A stretch of DNA of 63,222 nucleotides, counting the filler, from Sluysia triapertura (lineage: Eukaryota): the NCBI GenBank assembly GCA_046118255.1. It is 5 parts of 5 records of this genome, joined end to end, with 100 filler letters (N's around TTAATTAATTAA, not from the genome) between each part and the next. Parts side by side here need not be neighbours in the genome. Positions count along the whole stretch, not along the records: positions 48,875 to 63,222 come from JBJNIA010262617.1; 4 more parts are not named here. One strand, given 5' to 3'. How positions within the stretch are numbered: the stretch's first letter is position 1; each line of letters starts with the position of its first letter. Shown here piece after piece: positions 61,372 to 63,222 of this stretch. The position numbers and the translations under genes are program-made. The notes under the pieces were generated by a model. It made no database searches, was not told the DNA's origin, and saw nothing but the letters and a program-made list of their open reading frames with translations.

Positions 61372-63222
61372 TTATGTGCGGCCAGCGCCCTGCTCTGGGA
61401 GGAGGGGCTCCTGGCTCCTCCCCCCTGGGCGTGACATTGTCTGGAGTCCCACCTTCAGGGCTATCTTTACAGTTAGCACAGCTGCAAAGATGCCTGCGAC
61501 CGCTAGGCAGTACGGCCACAGTTTTTCAATCAAAGTAATGGCCCAACTTTCCACCGCATTTGCTGCTTCACCCAAGACTTCAACAGTGTCATGGGCCAGG
61601 TTCTTGACATTGCGATAAGTGGAATGGGTCAAGGTTTCATACCACGCACATGTGTGGCGGTCGGTGTCAGGTCCGCATTTCTTCCAAACTTCTTCTGGGT
61701 ACTTACAGGTCAGATTTGAGTAGAGCAGGTTGGGGCCTACCCATTCAAATCCTGTGGTCTCTTTCCCCAGACAGAGGCCGCGTCGGAAGGCATGGCCCTC
61801 CGCTAGAGCTATCATGGAGTCTTGTACACCGGGTAGGATGACCTGCACAAGGCGTTTCCGATGTCTCAGGCGATGCCCAAGAATTCCATTAATACAGAGG
61901 TGGAACATCGGGAAGGAACGTCTCCAAGTGACATTGTCCGCAGTGCGGTCCCATACAACCTCAGCTACATGGGTGTCATACTCATTGTTGTAGAAACTGT
62001 TGCAGTAGCTTTCCCAGCCGGGCAACTCAGAGCACGGTCGTCGTGCCAAACTGACAGTGCAGGAGTGTTCATTTTCACATTCCATTCTCCAAGGTCGTGG
62101 GTGAACATACCTCTCAGGGCGATATATCGCTGTAGACCAGATGTCGTGTTCTTTTGAATACACAGTTGCAATGTACTGATATTTTACCCAATAGTTGTTG
62201 GAGAGGGATAGGCAGGGGAACACCCAATGTTCCATCTCTTCACGTTGGAATCCCCACCAAGTCCTAGTGACATCCCGCTTGTGACCTTCAATCCAGCCCT
62301 GGAGCAGTTCTTTGGTGGTATTAGATGATAGGATGCCACTGCAATCGTACCTCCATGTTGAAACAAAGGAGATATCGACTTGCCACAGGCGGCATCGAGG
62401 AGAAGCTCCATTAGCTATCCATTCTGTGTCATTAAGGCTGTTAAAGATGCGGTTTGCTACGCATTTGTCGATCTTCTGGAAGTCGCCTTGAGGCACGTGT
62501 CTTAGGTCGTCTGGTGTGGGAATTTTCTGGATGTACATGTCAGAGTGGTAGGGGCCTTGGAAGCCATGATGGGTACGTGAGTATCCCTCTGCGAAGTCCC
62601 CTTCATAATGGAGCACCTGGTGCTCAATCCACACCCAGGGAAAACTCGCATTGAGCCAATCTTCATGCATTGCATTGGTAGGGCCAAAGGTGGCCCTCCA
62701 GGTAAAATAATAATAACTCTGAAACCACAAAGGGGTAATTACCATGTAGTTCGTTTTCTTGCATGTAACCCAGAGGTTCCACAGGCATGGTGATAGGGGC
62801 TTAACTTTAGCTGCGCAGGCTTGGTCGTCCGGGTTTGTGAACGAGTTAGACCGATGAATCACCCGCGGTTTTTGCTGCTTGGGGACTGGCCGGTGCTTGG
62901 AATGGTTCGCGCTTCTGTTAGCCAGTAGAATATTAATGTGTTGAAAGTGAGCATCCACAGCCAGAATAGTGTCATTATGGGGCAGGCGATTTGGTTTCTT
63001 GACTGTATGATGGATGACACTAGGCTTGGTTCTACTCACGTTTTTTGGAGGTATTTTATCGCACGTCAGGTTGTAGTAGCCCCAAAAATCCCATCTTGGA
63101 AGAATGGTAGTGCAAACAATGTGTTTATGGGGAGCACCATACACAACCTCTCGTTGCCAGTAGCCTTGATGATTAAGGCCCGGGAGGGGTGTACATCCCC
63201 AGTCACAGTGCCACTCAGGAGA
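61372..63222 (-). CDS. Env-like type I membrane glycoprotein, 5-prime truncated (at least 616 aa)
   Basis: The frame stays open to the window edge. About ten N-x-S/T sequons, Cys/Trp-rich, basic cluster RLRHRKR, C-terminal TM (YCLAVAGIFAAVLTV) and a short tail. Confidence 0.75.
   Translation of the reverse strand, partial: SPEWHCDWGCTPLPGLNHQGYWQREVVYGAPHKHIVCTTILPRWDFWGYYNLTCDKIPPKNVSRTKPSVIHHTVKKPNRLPHNDTILAVDAHFQHINILLANRSANHSKHRPVPKQQKPRVIHRSNSFTNPDDQACAAKVKPLSPCLWNLWVTCKKTNYMVITPLWFQSYYYFTWRATFGPTNAMHEDWLNASFPWVWIEHQVLHYEGDFAEGYSRTHHGFQGPYHSDMYIQKIPTPDDLRHVPQGDFQKIDKCVANRIFNSLNDTEWIANGASPRCRLWQVDISFVSTWRYDCSGILSSNTTKELLQGWIEGHKRDVTRTWWGFQREEMEHWVFPCLSLSNNYWVKYQYIATVYSKEHDIWSTAIYRPERYVHPRPWRMECENEHSCTVSLARRPCSELPGWESYCNSFYNNEYDTHVAEVVWDRTADNVTWRRSFPMFHLCINGILGHRLRHRKRLVQVILPGVQDSMIALAEGHAFRRGLCLGKETTGFEWVGPNLLYSNLTCKYPEEVWKKCGPDTDRHTCAWYETLTHSTYRNVKNLAHDTVEVLGEAANAVESWAITLIEKLWPYCLAVAGIFAAVLTVKIALKVGLQTMSRPGGRSQEPLLPEQGAGRT

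Larger units (their letters stand above)
48875..63222 (-). mobile_element. Complex spuma(foamy)-like retrovirus, permuted or tandem around a single LTR
   Basis: Intact gag and pol, PBS, LTR, two PPT boxes and four additional ORFs. Sharp GC contrast with the other contigs. Confidence 0.92.

Noticed and set aside
61855-61875. Canonical furin site in the Env-like protein
   Set aside because: RLRHRKR has His at P4, so it is kept only as a basic cluster.
49109-62793. Many 60-170 aa plus-strand ORFs antisense to the viral genes
   Set aside because: Expected shadow ORFs in GC-balanced coding DNA; no motifs, and many start at TTG/GTG.
48875-63222. Retrovirus integrated in the AT-rich invertebrate genome
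   Set aside because: No virus-host junction or TSD is visible; the only link is an artificial spacer.
1-63222. CRISPR array or prokaryotic operon
   Set aside because: No regularly spaced repeat-spacer array; the content is eukaryotic and retroviral.

Overview
The window is not one continuous locus. It is five contigs joined by artificial 100-nt N44-TTAATTAATTAA-N44 spacers. Contigs 1-4 (1-48774) come from a very AT-rich, short-intron eukaryote, probably an invertebrate. They hold decayed transposons (pogo, mariner, MULE, hAT, CR1/L2 LINE), gene pieces (WIP/verprolin-like, ZC2HC1-like, BTB-BACK-Kelch, RhoGAP, FN3-TM), orphan ORFs, a small TG...CA element carrying a tRNA-like unit, and two dispersed hairpin motifs with compensatory base changes. 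Contig 5 (48875-63222, roughly 50% GC by eye) is an intact complex spuma(foamy)-like retrovirus on the minus strand. Its order is: Env-like glycoprotein, multi-pass membrane protein, Cys/RS-rich protein, PPT, single ~1.84-kb LTR, tRNA-Lys3 PBS, 1132-aa Gag with a macrodomain and no CCHC knuckle, TAATG-coupled pol, Cys-rich orf3, and a second exact 44-nt copy of the PPT/att box. The 3-prime half therefore lies upstream of the LTR and gag-pol is followed by its own PPT. This fits either a circularly permuted provirus with a central PPT or a two-component (gag-pol unit plus env/accessory unit) retrovirus. All protein calls rest on motif recognition by eye, not on database searches.
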